NCBI GenBank assembly: GCA_035577785.1
Contig: DATLUZ010000226.1
Location: forward strand, 1,790-65,789
Length of the DNA stretch: 64,000 bases
Direction: 5' to 3'
From: Burkholderiales bacterium
GTDB lineage: Bacteria; Pseudomonadota; Gammaproteobacteria; Burkholderiales; SG8-39
Shown: piece by piece, positions 1-9,187 of the stretch
Layout of the letters: the number at the start of each line of letters is the position of its first letter
How positions within the stretch are numbered: the stretch's first letter is position 1
Made by a program: the position numbers and the translations under genes
The notes under the pieces: model-generated
What the model saw: the letters and a program-made list of their open reading frames with translations, nothing else
Database searches by the model: none
What the model was told of the DNA's origin: nothing

Positions 1-60
1 ATCAGCCGCATCGACGATGGCCGGGGCCACGACCACGACCATGATGACGACGATGATTGA
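1..60 (+). CDS. 3' end of an upstream gene (partial) with a His/Asp-rich C-terminal tail
   Basis: Frame 1 reads ISRIDDGRGHDHDHDDDDD, then TGA at 58-60, followed by a hairpin and T-tract. Only 19 codons are visible, so the product is unknown. Confidence 0.3.
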   Translation: MSRIDDGRGHDHDHDDDDD

Positions 61-86
61 TTAGCAAGCAGTTTCGCCTCGCAAAG

Positions 87-116
87 GCCCGCGGCGCGAG
101 TCGTGGGCTTTTTTTT
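87..116 (+). terminator. Rho-independent terminator of the upstream gene
   Basis: Stem GCCCGCG (87-93) pairs with CGTGGGC (102-108) with one G-U pair and an 8-nt loop, followed by T8 (109-116). Confidence 0.6.
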
Positions 117-131
117 GGGACAATCAGCCGG

Positions 132-1187
132 ATGAAGGACGCACGCGTTGCATCGGCGATCTCGCATTGGGCGCCGCGGTTCGTGTCGAACGGGGTCATC
201 CTCGCCGACTTCGAGGAGGTCACCGGCTCGATCGAGCGCTGGGAGGACTGGTGCGCCGCCTGGTCGGCGCGCGCCAAGCTGCACGAAGACCTCGGAACCG
301 AGGCCCTGCGCGACCGCCACAGGCTCACGGCGGGCGAGCATTTCGTGCGCGCGGCGATGTATTACCACTTCGCGAAGTTCGTGTTCGTGCAGGATCCGCT
401 GCAGATGCGCGCGGCGCACAAGAAGGCCGTGGAGTGCTATACCAGCGCGCTGCCTCTCATGCGGCCGCCGGGCGAGCGCGTGACGATCGGCCCGTACGTC
501 GGCGTGCTGAGGAAGCCCGGCGCTGGCCGCTGCCCGGTGCTGGTCATGGCGCCGGGCCTGGATTCCACGAAGGAGGAGCTCCACGCCTACGAGGAGCCGT
601 TCCTCGCCCGCGGCATCGCGACGCTCGCCATCGACGGGCCGGGGCAGGGCGAGGCCGAGTACGAAATCCCCATCTGCGGCGACTACGAGCGCGCCGCCAG
701 CGTGGTGGTCGACTGGATCGAGAAGAGGAGCGACGTGGATGCGAAGCGCGTCGCCATGTGGGGCGTGAGCCTCGGCGGCTACTACGCGCCGCGTGCGGCC
801 GCCTTCGAGAAGCGCTTCCGCGCGTGCATCGCGCTGTCGGGTCCGTTCGAGTGGGCCGAGATCTGGGACGCGCTGCCGGACCTCACCCGCGATACATTCC
901 GCGTGCGCAGCCATTCGGCGACGCAGGCCGAGGCGAAGCAGAAGGCCGCCGCCCTCACACTGAGCGAAGCGGCGGGCCGCATCACCTGCCCGCTCCTCAT
1001 CGTCGCCGGCCGCCAGGACCGCCTGGTCCCCGCCGCGCATGCCGAGCGGCTGGCGAAGAGCGTGGCCGGGCCGGTGGAGCTGCTGATGGTGGAAGACGGC
1101 GGCCACAATGCCAATAATCGGCCGTATCGGTACCGGAGCCGCAGCGCCGATTGGCTTGCAGCCCAGTTCGGCCTGCCGAGAATCTAA
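132..1187 (+). CDS. alpha/beta hydrolase (FrsA / 2,6-dihydroxypseudooxynicotine hydrolase-like)
   Basis: Nucleophile elbow GVSLGG; helical N-terminal cap AAMYYHFAKFVF. ATG 132 is preferred over the ORF-track start at 57 because a terminator lies at 87-116. Confidence 0.8.
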   Translation: MKDARVASAISHWAPRFVSNGVILADFEEVTGSIERWEDWCAAWSARAKLHEDLGTEALRDRHRLTAGEHFVRAAMYYHFAKFVFVQDPLQMRAAHKKAVECYTSALPLMRPPGERVTIGPYVGVLRKPGAGRCPVLVMAPGLDSTKEELHAYEEPFLARGIATLAIDGPGQGEAEYEIPICGDYERAASVVVDWIEKRSDVDAKRVAMWGVSLGGYYAPRAAAFEKRFRACIALSGPFEWAEIWDALPDLTRDTFRVRSHSATQAEAKQKAAALTLSEAAGRITCPLLIVAGRQDRLVPAAHAERLAKSVAGPVELLMVEDGGHNANNRPYRYRSRSADWLAAQFGLPRI

Positions 1188-1208
1188 AACGAGCTAGGAG
1201 GAGTGGTC

Positions 1209-2153
1209 ATGAAGCGTCTTGCAGCATTGGTCATGAGCGCCGCATTCGCGTCCGCGGCGGCGGCGCAGGCGTTCCCCCACAAAACGGTGCGCTTCGTCTC
1301 GGGCGTGACGCCCGGCAGCGCCTCCGACACGATGGCGCGCATCCTGGCGGAGAAGCTCACCACGACGCTGGGTCAGCCGGTGATCGTCGAGAACCGGCTC
1401 GGCGCCGGCGGCCTGGTCGGCGCCAAGTGGGTCGCCGGGCAGGAGCCCGACGGCCATACGATCATGATGTACGCCTCCGCGTTCACCGTTTCGCCGCTGA
1501 TCAGCCCAGGGCTCGATCCGAAGGAGCTCGCCCCGGTCGCCACGGTCGCCACGATCCCCACCGTGCTCATCACCCCGCCGGGCAAGTACAAGACCATTCA
1601 GGAGTTCGTCGCCGCGGCGAAGGCCGCGCCCCAAAAGCTCGCCTGCGCGACCGCGGGCGTCGGGAGCGCGACCCACATGGCGCTCGAGCGCTTCCGGTTC
1701 GCCGCCGGCTTCGACGTGCTGCCCGTGCACACCAAGGGCGCCTCCGAAGCGCTCACCGAGGTGATCTCGGGCCGCGCGGAATGCTATTTCGCGCTCGTGT
1801 TCCAGGCTCAGAAGATGCGCGACGCGGGCAAGGTCGGCGCGCTCGTCGTGAGCGCGCCCAAGCGCACTTCGCTCATGCCCGACCTGCCGACCACGGAGGA
1901 AGCGGGCTATCCCAACTCGGCCTACAACTTCTGGGTCGGCGCGCTGGTACCGGCGAAGACGCCGAAGGAGATCGTCGACCGGCTGCACAAGGAGATCACC
2001 GACCTGGTGCAGTCGCCGGAGATCAGCGCGCAGATCCGCAAGCTCGGCGCCGATCCCCTGCCCATGTCGGTAGCCGATTTCGACGCCATGATCCAGCGCG
2101 AGCTGGTGGAGAACGCGCGCCTCATCAAGGCCGCCGGAATCAAGGCGAATTGA
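1209..2153 (+). CDS. Bug/TctC-family tripartite tricarboxylate transporter substrate-binding protein
   Basis: Signal peptide ending AAAAQA, then FPHKTVRFV..PGSASD core typical of the family. SD AGGAGGAG lies 7 nt before ATG 1209 (alternative GTG 1203). Confidence 0.9.
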   Translation: MKRLAALVMSAAFASAAAAQAFPHKTVRFVSGVTPGSASDTMARILAEKLTTTLGQPVIVENRLGAGGLVGAKWVAGQEPDGHTIMMYASAFTVSPLISPGLDPKELAPVATVATIPTVLITPPGKYKTIQEFVAAAKAAPQKLACATAGVGSATHMALERFRFAAGFDVLPVHTKGASEALTEVISGRAECYFALVFQAQKMRDAGKVGALVVSAPKRTSLMPDLPTTEEAGYPNSAYNFWVGALVPAKTPKEIVDRLHKEITDLVQSPEISAQIRKLGADPLPMSVADFDAMIQRELVENARLIKAAGIKAN

Positions 2154-2905
2154 TCCCCGATCCCTGGTTCTGGGCGCTCGCGATTCCCGCAGTCGCCCTG
2201 ACCGGGATCGGGAAGGGCGGGCTCGGCGGCGGTGTGCCGGTCGCGACGCCGCTTATGGCGCTCGTCATCCCGCCGGCGCAGGCGGCGGCGATTACCCTGC
2301 CGGTGCTCTGTGTCATGGACATCGCGGGCGTACGCGCCTACCTCTGGCGCTGGGACCGGCGCATCGTGCGCATCCTCGTCCCGGCGGGACTCGTCGGCGT
2401 CGGCATCGGCGCGCTGACGATCAGCTTCATGAACGACGACTGGATCCGGATCCTGCTCGGCTCGATCGCGCTCGGCGTTCTCGCTTGGACGTTCTTCCCG
2501 AAGAGGATCGCGCTGAAAAAGCCCGGCGATGCCATGGGGTGGCTATGCGGGATATTGTCGGGCTTCACGGGCTTTATCACGCATGCCGGCAGCCCGCCCG
2601 TGATGGCGTACCTCTTGCCGCAGAAGCTCGAAAAGGAAACGTTCGTCGCCACCTCGCTCATCTTCTTCTTCACGCTCAACTACGGGAAGATCGTGCCGTA
2701 CCTCTGGCTACGGCTTTTCGATGCGCGGGTCCTCGCCACGGCGGCGGTCCTGGTCCCAGCGGGGATTGCCGGCATCTATGCTGGCATGTGGTTGCAGCGG
2801 CGCATCGACATCCGCTGGTTCTACCGTCTCCTCTACGCGCTGCTCCTCTTCACGGGCACGAAACTGCTCTATGACGGCATTACCGGGCTGCGGTCGGTAG
2901 GCTAG
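2150..2905 (+). CDS. TauE/SafE (DUF81) family sulfite/anion exporter membrane protein
   Basis: About 250 aa and polytopic, with two GxGGG-like repeats (GIGKGGLGGG; SGFTGFITHAGSPP). TTG 2150 overlaps the upstream TGA. The 5' two thirds of the 584-aa ORF are a frame artefact. Confidence 0.8.
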   Translation: MIPDPWFWALAIPAVALTGIGKGGLGGGVPVATPLMALVIPPAQAAAITLPVLCVMDIAGVRAYLWRWDRRIVRILVPAGLVGVGIGALTISFMNDDWIRILLGSIALGVLAWTFFPKRIALKKPGDAMGWLCGILSGFTGFITHAGSPPVMAYLLPQKLEKETFVATSLIFFFTLNYGKIVPYLWLRLFDARVLATAAVLVPAGIAGIYAGMWLQRRIDIRWFYRLLYALLLFTGTKLLYDGITGLRSVG

Positions 2906-2933
2906 ACTAGGTCTCGCTCTGGAGGAGGGCCAA

Positions 2934-3908
2934 ATGAGATCGTGCGCCGTTTTGGTCGCTGCCGCTTTTTCCGCCTTGCTGGGCGTGAGCGCGCAGGCTC
3001 AGCCGTTCCCGTCGAAACCCATCCGGGTCGTCGTGCCGTTCCCAGCCGGAGGCACGACCGACATCGTGGCGCGCCTTGTCGGCCAGCGCATGAGCGAATC
3101 GATGGGCCAGCCGGTGCTGGTCGAGAACAAGGGCGGGGCGGGCGGGCAGATCGGCGCCGCGGACGTGGCCAAATCGCCCGCCGACGGCTATTCGATGCTG
3201 ATCCACAACGTCACCTTCCCCATGGCGTCGGTCGCGGCGGCGCTGCAGAACCGGGCGATGTACAACATCGATGGCGACTTCGCCGGCGTTTCGATCGCGG
3301 TGTACGTCCCGCTCGTCATCACTGCCCACCCGAGCGTCCCGGCGGCGAACCTCAAGGAGCTGGTCACCTACCTGCAGAAGGACAAGGCCACGCGCTACAC
3401 GTACGGCTCCACCGGTCCCGGCTCGTTCATGCACGTGATAGGCGAGGCGCTTTCGCGCGACACCGGCATCCAGATGACGCATATCCCGTACAAAGGCGCC
3501 GCGCCGCTCAAGCAGGAGCTCATCGCGGGGCGCATCAACGTCGGCGGCGACCAGCTCTCGTCGTCGCTCGCGGACATCAAGGCGGGCAGGATCAAGGCGC
3601 TCGCCACCAACGCCTCGCGCCGCATTGCGGAGCTTCCCGAGGTGCCCACGGTGCGCGAGCTCGGCTACCCGATCCTCGAGGCCGACGGCTGGAACGGGTT
3701 TTTCGTGCCGGCGAAGACCCCGCGCGACGTGGTCGAGCGGCTGCAGAAGGAGACTCTGGCGGCCGTGCGTCATCCCGAGACTGCGAAGCGCCTGACCGAG
3801 ATCGGCGCCGAGCCGGTCGGCTCCACCCCTGCCGAGCAGGATGCGATCCTCAAGCGGCAGGTGGCGCAGTTTCGCCCGGTGATCAAGGAAATGAAAATCG
3901 AAAACTAA
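2934..3908 (+). CDS. Bug/TctC-family substrate-binding protein
   Basis: Signal peptide, then QPFPSKPIRVVVPFPAGGTTD. Paralogous to 1209-2153. SD GGAGG upstream. Confidence 0.9.
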   Translation: MRSCAVLVAAAFSALLGVSAQAQPFPSKPIRVVVPFPAGGTTDIVARLVGQRMSESMGQPVLVENKGGAGGQIGAADVAKSPADGYSMLIHNVTFPMASVAAALQNRAMYNIDGDFAGVSIAVYVPLVITAHPSVPAANLKELVTYLQKDKATRYTYGSTGPGSFMHVIGEALSRDTGIQMTHIPYKGAAPLKQELIAGRINVGGDQLSSSLADIKAGRIKALATNASRRIAELPEVPTVRELGYPILEADGWNGFFVPAKTPRDVVERLQKETLAAVRHPETAKRLTEIGAEPVGSTPAEQDAILKRQVAQFRPVIKEMKIEN

Positions 3909-3920
3909 GGAGGATTACGC

Positions 3921-4871
3921 GTGCTCAGGCTGTGCTTTTTGTTGATGCTCGTGTACGGAGCTGCTTTCGCGCAGGGCTATCCCACCAAGCCGGTCCGGCT
4001 CATCGTCACCTATCCGCCCGGCGGGAGCTCCGACCTGATGTCGCGGGTCTACGGCGCGAAGCTCTCGGAGGTGTGGGGCCAGCCGGTGATCGTCGAGTCC
4101 AAGCCCGGCGCGGCCGGCTCCATCGGCATGGACTTCGCCGCGAAGCAGCCGAACGACGGCTACACCTTCGTCGTCGGCAACCTGCAACCGGTGGCGGTCA
4201 ATCCGCTGCTCTCGCAGGTGCCGTACAGCATTCAGAAGGATTTCGTAGCGGTGTCGCAGATCTCGCAGGGTCCGAACGTGCTCGTGGTGCAGGCCGACTC
4301 GCCCTTCAAGTCGCTCGCCGACGTGATCGCGTACGCCAAGGCGAACCCCGGGAAGCTCAATTACGGCACCAGCGGTCCGGGAAGCGTGTCGCACCTGTCG
4401 TCGGAGATGCTGAAGAACATCACCAAGGCGCAGGTCGTCGAGGTGCCGTACAAGGGCGGCGTTCTCGCGGTGCAGGACCTCCTCGGCAGCCAGATCCAGT
4501 TCATCTTCTCGGACACGCTACCGGCCATGCAGCACATCCGCGCCGGCAAGCTGCGCGCGCTCTGCGTGACTGGAGAGAGCCGCTACGAGCTGCTGCCCGA
4601 CCAGGCGCCGTGCCAGAACGATGCGCGCGGCCTCGTCGCGGTGAACTGGTGGGGCGTGCTGTATCCCTCCGGAACGCCGAAGAGCATCGTCGACAAGCTC
4701 CACGCCGACACCGTGAAGGTGCTCGCCGACCCGGACACGAAGAAGCGCTTCGCCGACCTGGGGGTCGAGACTAAGGCGAGCACGCCGGCCGAGTTCTCGG
4801 CCTTCATCCGCGCTGAGACGGAGAAATACGCGAGGCTCATCAGGGAAGCCAACATCAAGGTGAACTCGTAA
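3921..4871 (+). CDS. Bug/TctC-family substrate-binding protein
   Basis: Signal peptide, then YPTKPVRLIVTYPPGGSSD. SD AAGGAGG lies 7 nt before GTG 3921. Confidence 0.9.
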   Translation: MLRLCFLLMLVYGAAFAQGYPTKPVRLIVTYPPGGSSDLMSRVYGAKLSEVWGQPVIVESKPGAAGSIGMDFAAKQPNDGYTFVVGNLQPVAVNPLLSQVPYSIQKDFVAVSQISQGPNVLVVQADSPFKSLADVIAYAKANPGKLNYGTSGPGSVSHLSSEMLKNITKAQVVEVPYKGGVLAVQDLLGSQIQFIFSDTLPAMQHIRAGKLRALCVTGESRYELLPDQAPCQNDARGLVAVNWWGVLYPSGTPKSIVDKLHADTVKVLADPDTKKRFADLGVETKASTPAEFSAFIRAETEKYARLIREANIKVNS

Positions 4872-5002
4872 CAGCCGCAAAGTCGCTCGTCGGCGCCGCC
4901 GTTCCGTTCGCGGTAGTCGCGGCGCTGTGGGAGCTGGCCGCCTACTCGGGTGCTTTCCCGCGACGACTGTTTCCGCCGCTGGAGGAGATCGCGGCGACCC
5001 TC

Positions 5003-5638
5003 GTGCGGCTCACGGTGCAGGGAATCCTGCCGCACCATGCCGCCGAGACGCTGCTTCGCCTCGCGGCCGGCTTCGCCATCGCCGCCGCCGCGGGTGTGCT
5101 GATCGGCGTCGTCATGGGGCGCTACCGGCGCGCCGAGGACCTGCTGCTGCCGCTCGTGAGCGTCGGCGCGCCCATTCCCGGGCTCGCATACGCGCCGCTC
5201 TTCCTGCTGTGGTTCGGGCTGGGCGACACCGGCTCGGTGGTGCTGGTGGCCTTCGTCTCCATGTTTTCCATCGCCATCAACACCTGGACCGGCGTGAAAA
5301 GCGTGAAGGAGATCTGGCTGCGCGCGGCGCAGGCGATGGGCGCGAACGAGCGGCGCCTGTTCCGCCATGTGATCATGCCCGGCGCGCTGCCCTACATCCT
5401 CACCGGGTGCCGCTTGGGGCTCGCGCAGGCCTGGCGCATCCTCGTGGCGGTGGAGATGCTCGCCGCGGTGCCCTGGGGCCTGGGGTGGCTCATCTTCGGC
5501 GCACGCGAGTTCCTCGACACCGACGCGATGCTCGCGGGCATCGCGGTGATCGGCGTGATCGGCCTGGGGCTGGAGAAACTCGTGTTCGAGCCGCTCGAGC
5601 GCTACACCGTCGTGCGTTGGGGGATGGTGGCAGCGTGA
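5003..5638 (+). CDS. ABC transporter permease, NitT/TauT (SsuC/TauC-like) family; true start probably upstream
   Basis: BPD-transport core (GLAQAWRILVAVEM). Similarity to the paralog at 5635-6393 continues upstream to about 4874, where no ATG/GTG/TTG exists in frame. Confidence 0.75.
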   Translation: MRLTVQGILPHHAAETLLRLAAGFAIAAAAGVLIGVVMGRYRRAEDLLLPLVSVGAPIPGLAYAPLFLLWFGLGDTGSVVLVAFVSMFSIAINTWTGVKSVKEIWLRAAQAMGANERRLFRHVIMPGALPYILTGCRLGLAQAWRILVAVEMLAAVPWGLGWLIFGAREFLDTDAMLAGIAVIGVIGLGLEKLVFEPLERYTVVRWGMVAA

Positions 5639-6393
5639 AGGCCGTTCTGTCGGTGCTCCTGTTCGGGTTGCTTTATGAAATCGTGGCGCGCAGCGGATGG
5701 TTCGCCCAGGCGCTGGTGCCGACGCTGCCGGTGGTGGCGCACACGCTGTGGACGATGCTCGCCGACGGCACGATGGAGGGGCACGCGATCAATACGCTGT
5801 ACCGCGTGTTCGCCGGCCTTGCGGCTGCGGCCGGGTTCGGCCTGGCGCTCGGGTTTCTCATGGCGCGCTACGCCGCGGTGGAGCGGTTTTTCCTGCCGCT
5901 CGTGAGCGCGCTGATGCCGATCCCGTCGCTCGCCTGGGCGCCGGTGTTCATCCTGTGGTTCGGCCTGGGCAACACCGCCACCATCCTCATCGTGTTCTAC
6001 GCCGCGAGCTTCCCGATGCTCGTCAACACCTGGACGGGGGTGCGCGCGGTGAATCCCCTGTGGCTGCGCGCCGCAGGCGCGATGGGAGCGAGCGGCGCGG
6101 CGCTCTTCTGGAAGGTGGTCGTGCCCGGCGCGCTGCCATTCATCATCACGGGCCTGCGCCTCGCCTTCCAGCGCGCATGGATCGCGGTAGTCGGCGCCGA
6201 GATGCTCGCGGCCTCATCGTTCGGCCTGGGCTGGGTGATCTTCGACGCGAAGGAATTTCTCAACGCCGACGTCATGCTCGCCTCGCTCGCGGTGATCGGC
6301 GCGATCGGCTACGTCTTCGAGCGGCTGGTGTTCGGATCGCTCGAGCGCGCCACGGTGGCGCGCTGGGGCATGTTGCGGGGCGCGAAAGCATGA
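5635..6393 (+). CDS. ABC transporter permease, NitT/TauT family
   Basis: Paralog of the previous permease. GTG 5635 overlaps the upstream TGA (GTGA). 252 aa. Confidence 0.85.
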   Translation: MKAVLSVLLFGLLYEIVARSGWFAQALVPTLPVVAHTLWTMLADGTMEGHAINTLYRVFAGLAAAAGFGLALGFLMARYAAVERFFLPLVSALMPIPSLAWAPVFILWFGLGNTATILIVFYAASFPMLVNTWTGVRAVNPLWLRAAGAMGASGAALFWKVVVPGALPFIITGLRLAFQRAWIAVVGAEMLAASSFGLGWVIFDAKEFLNADVMLASLAVIGAIGYVFERLVFGSLERATVARWGMLRGAKA

Positions 6394-7130
6394 TCCGGGT
6401 CGCGAACGTCAGCCTCGAGTACGACACGCCGGCGGGCAAGGTGCTGGCGGTGGACAACGCGAGCTTCGGCGCCGAGCGCTCGGAGTTCGTCTGCCTGGTC
6501 GGCCCCAGCGGCTGCGGCAAGACCACGCTCCTCAACATGATCGCGGGCTTCTTCGCGCCCACCGCGGGCGAGATCCGCGTCGGCGGCCAGGCGGTGAACG
6601 GGCAGGGCCAGGACCGGGGCATCGTGTTCCAGGACTTCGCGCAGCTTTTCCCGTGGCGCACCGCCCTGGGCAACGTCGCCTTCGGCCTGGAGATGAAGGG
6701 CGTGGCGAAGGCCGAGCGCGAGCGCATCGCGCTCGAGCAGCTGCGCCTGGTGAAGCTCGAGAAGTTCGCCGGCGCGTACCCGCACCATCTTTCCGGAGGC
6801 ATGCAGCAGCGCGTGGCGATCGCGCGCGCGCTCGCCTACAACCCGGGCGTGCTGCTGATGGACGAGCCGTTCGCCGCGCTCGACGCGATGACGCGCGAGG
6901 AGATGCAGCGGCTGCTCGCCGAAGTGTGGCGCGAGACGCGCAAGACCGTCGTCTACGTGACGCACAATGTGGCCGAGGCGGTCTACCTCGCGGACCGGGT
7001 CGTCGTCATGACCCCGCACCCGGGACGCGTCAAGGCCACCGTGGCGGTGCGCCTGCCCCGGCCGCGCGACCCGCTGAGCGTAGAATTTCTCGAGTACCAG
7101 AAACAGCTGCTGCGTCATCTCACACAATAG
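6390..7130 (+). CDS. ABC transporter ATP-binding protein, NitT/TauT (SsuB/TauB-like) family
   Basis: Walker A GPSGCGKTT, signature LSGGMQQR, Walker B LLMDEPF. ATGA overlap with the permease gene. Confidence 0.9.
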   Translation: MIRVANVSLEYDTPAGKVLAVDNASFGAERSEFVCLVGPSGCGKTTLLNMIAGFFAPTAGEIRVGGQAVNGQGQDRGIVFQDFAQLFPWRTALGNVAFGLEMKGVAKAERERIALEQLRLVKLEKFAGAYPHHLSGGMQQRVAIARALAYNPGVLLMDEPFAALDAMTREEMQRLLAEVWRETRKTVVYVTHNVAEAVYLADRVVVMTPHPGRVKATVAVRLPRPRDPLSVEFLEYQKQLLRHLTQ

Positions 7131-7142
7131 TAGGAGGAGCGG

Positions 7143-8111
7143 ATGAAAAGACGGCAATTCCTGACTGCTTCCGGCGCGGCGGCGCTCGCCTCCGGAATCG
7201 GCTTGCCGGCGCGGGCCCAGCAGGTCACCGTGCGCCAGGGCTACCAGACCAACATGTGGGGCATGCCCACGTATTACCTGCTGCGCTCCGGCGCGCTGGA
7301 GAAGCACGGCATCAAGGCCGAGGAGTTCGCCGTGCCCTCGGGCAACCTCACCATGCAGCAGATGGTCGGCCGCCAGGTGGACCTGGGCACCTATGCGGGA
7401 CCCTCGTTCATCATCGGCCACGCGCGCGGCCAGCTCGTCGCCATCGCCCAGATCGAAGAAGTGGGCAAGACCGTGCGTGTGATGGCGCGCAAGGACCTCA
7501 ACGCGAAGGGCGTCGCCGACCTGCGCGGAAAGAAGATCGCCAACCAGACCGGGTCGTCGATCGCCAACGTGTTCGTCGACCAGATCGCGCCCAAGGCCGG
7601 GCTCAAGAAGACCGACTGGCAGGAAGTGCGCATGAACGTCACCGACATGGTGGCGGCGATGGCGGCCAAGACCATCGACGCGATGGTCAACGTCGAGCCC
7701 TACAACGTCATCGCCGAGGCCGAGGGGCTCGCCACCACGGTCATGAACTACTGGGACGTCGACCGCATGCCGGTATTCATGGCGGCCACGCCCGAGTTCG
7801 TGGACAAAAATCCCGACGCCGTAGTCGCCTACCTCAAGGCCTGGCTCGCCGTGGCCGACGACTTCAAGCGCAACCACAAGAAGGTGTCCGACACCATCTA
7901 CGCCTTCTACACCTCCAAGGGCTACAAGATGACGCCGGAGACCTTCGGCAAGGCGGTGTCGCTGGTCGAGGTGAACCCCGGATTCCCGCAGGCGGTGAAC
8001 GGCTACATGAAGGAGCAGGCCGAGGTGCTGCTGCGCGAGAAGAAGATCAAGGAGATGCCCGACTGGTCCAAGGCCCTGCGGCCGGAGTTCATGCAGAAGG
8101 CTGCAGGGTAG
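7143..8111 (+). CDS. NMT1/THI5-like (SsuA/TauA-type) periplasmic substrate-binding protein with a Tat signal
   Basis: Twin-arginine leader MKRRQFLTASGAAALASGIGLPARAQ. Sits in operon position after the NitT/TauT permease and ATPase genes. Confidence 0.8.
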   Translation: MKRRQFLTASGAAALASGIGLPARAQQVTVRQGYQTNMWGMPTYYLLRSGALEKHGIKAEEFAVPSGNLTMQQMVGRQVDLGTYAGPSFIIGHARGQLVAIAQIEEVGKTVRVMARKDLNAKGVADLRGKKIANQTGSSIANVFVDQIAPKAGLKKTDWQEVRMNVTDMVAAMAAKTIDAMVNVEPYNVIAEAEGLATTVMNYWDVDRMPVFMAATPEFVDKNPDAVVAYLKAWLAVADDFKRNHKKVSDTIYAFYTSKGYKMTPETFGKAVSLVEVNPGFPQAVNGYMKEQAEVLLREKKIKEMPDWSKALRPEFMQKAAG

Positions 8112-9187
8112 TGGCCGCCCCGATCGAAGTCGCGGTCGTCGGCACCGGCTGGTGCGGCGGCATCCGGGCGGAAACGCTCGCCAGCCACCCGCTGGTCAAG
8201 GAGCTTCACCTCGCGGAGGTGCGGGAGGAGCGCCTCGAAGAGATGGAGGCGAAGACGCATCCGACCACCGCGACCACCGACTACAGGCGGCTCCTCGAGC
8301 GCAAGGCACTCGATGCGGTCTACATATCGGCCACGCCGGAGAGCCTGCACTTCCCGATGGCGAAGGAGTTCCTGCAGGCGGGCAAGCACGTGTTCCTCGA
8401 GAAGCCGATCGCGGCGACGCTCGAAGAAGCAGACGAACTGATAAGGCTGGCAAAACAAAGGGAGCTCAAGTTCACGATCGGCTATTCGCAGCGCTTCAAT
8501 GCGAAGTTCGCCTACGTGCGCAAGTGCATCCGCGACGGCACGATCGGAAAACCGGTGAGCGCGCTGGTGAGCCGGCACATCACGCGTAGCCTGGGCAAAA
8601 AGATCAGCGGCCGCACGAGACTATCGCCGGCGGCGATGGAGTCGACCCACGACCTCGACTTCCTGCTGTGGTGCCTCGAGCCGGCGAAGCCGGTGCGGGT
8701 GTACTCGCAGGTCAACTACGGCGTCCTACAGGAACAAATCGGCTCGACGAGCGATGCTCGCATCCCCGACGCTCAATGGATCACCGTCACGCTCGATACC
8801 GGAATGTCCTTCGTCGTCGGCGGCGGCTGGAGCCTGCCGCCGGGCTATCCCAATTTCTCCACCACCTGGATCGAGATGGTCGGCACCGAGGGCGCGGTGA
8901 TGGTCGACGATACGCACCGCGACGTGGTGCTCAACACCATGAAGAGCGGCATGCAGCTGCCGATGTCCACCATGCCCGGCGAGGCGGTCGACCACACCTA
9001 CGCCGGCGCCATGGCGCCCGAGACCGTGCATTTCCTGGAAGCTGTCGCGCTCGACAAGCCGGTGCTGGTGACGCCCGAGCATGCGCGCATGGTGATGGAG
9101 CTCTACATCGCCGCCGACCTGTCGGCGGAGACAAACCTGCCGGTCGATCTGCCGCTGAAGAGCCAGTCGCTTGAGAAGGCAGCCTAA
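8111..9187 (+). CDS. Gfo/Idh/MocA family oxidoreductase
   Basis: Rossmann motif VVGTGWCG and the EKP motif (FLEKPIA). GTG 8111 shares a base with the upstream TAG. Confidence 0.85.
   Translation: MAAPIEVAVVGTGWCGGIRAETLASHPLVKELHLAEVREERLEEMEAKTHPTTATTDYRRLLERKALDAVYISATPESLHFPMAKEFLQAGKHVFLEKPIAATLEEADELIRLAKQRELKFTIGYSQRFNAKFAYVRKCIRDGTIGKPVSALVSRHITRSLGKKISGRTRLSPAAMESTHDLDFLLWCLEPAKPVRVYSQVNYGVLQEQIGSTSDARIPDAQWITVTLDTGMSFVVGGGWSLPPGYPNFSTTWIEMVGTEGAVMVDDTHRDVVLNTMKSGMQLPMSTMPGEAVDHTYAGAMAPETVHFLEAVALDKPVLVTPEHARMVMELYIAADLSAETNLPVDLPLKSQSLEKAA

Noticed and set aside
57-131. N-terminal extension of the first alpha/beta hydrolase (ORF-track start at 57).
   Set aside because: An intrinsic terminator (87-116) for the upstream gene lies inside the extension. 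ATG 132 gives a sensible N-terminus.
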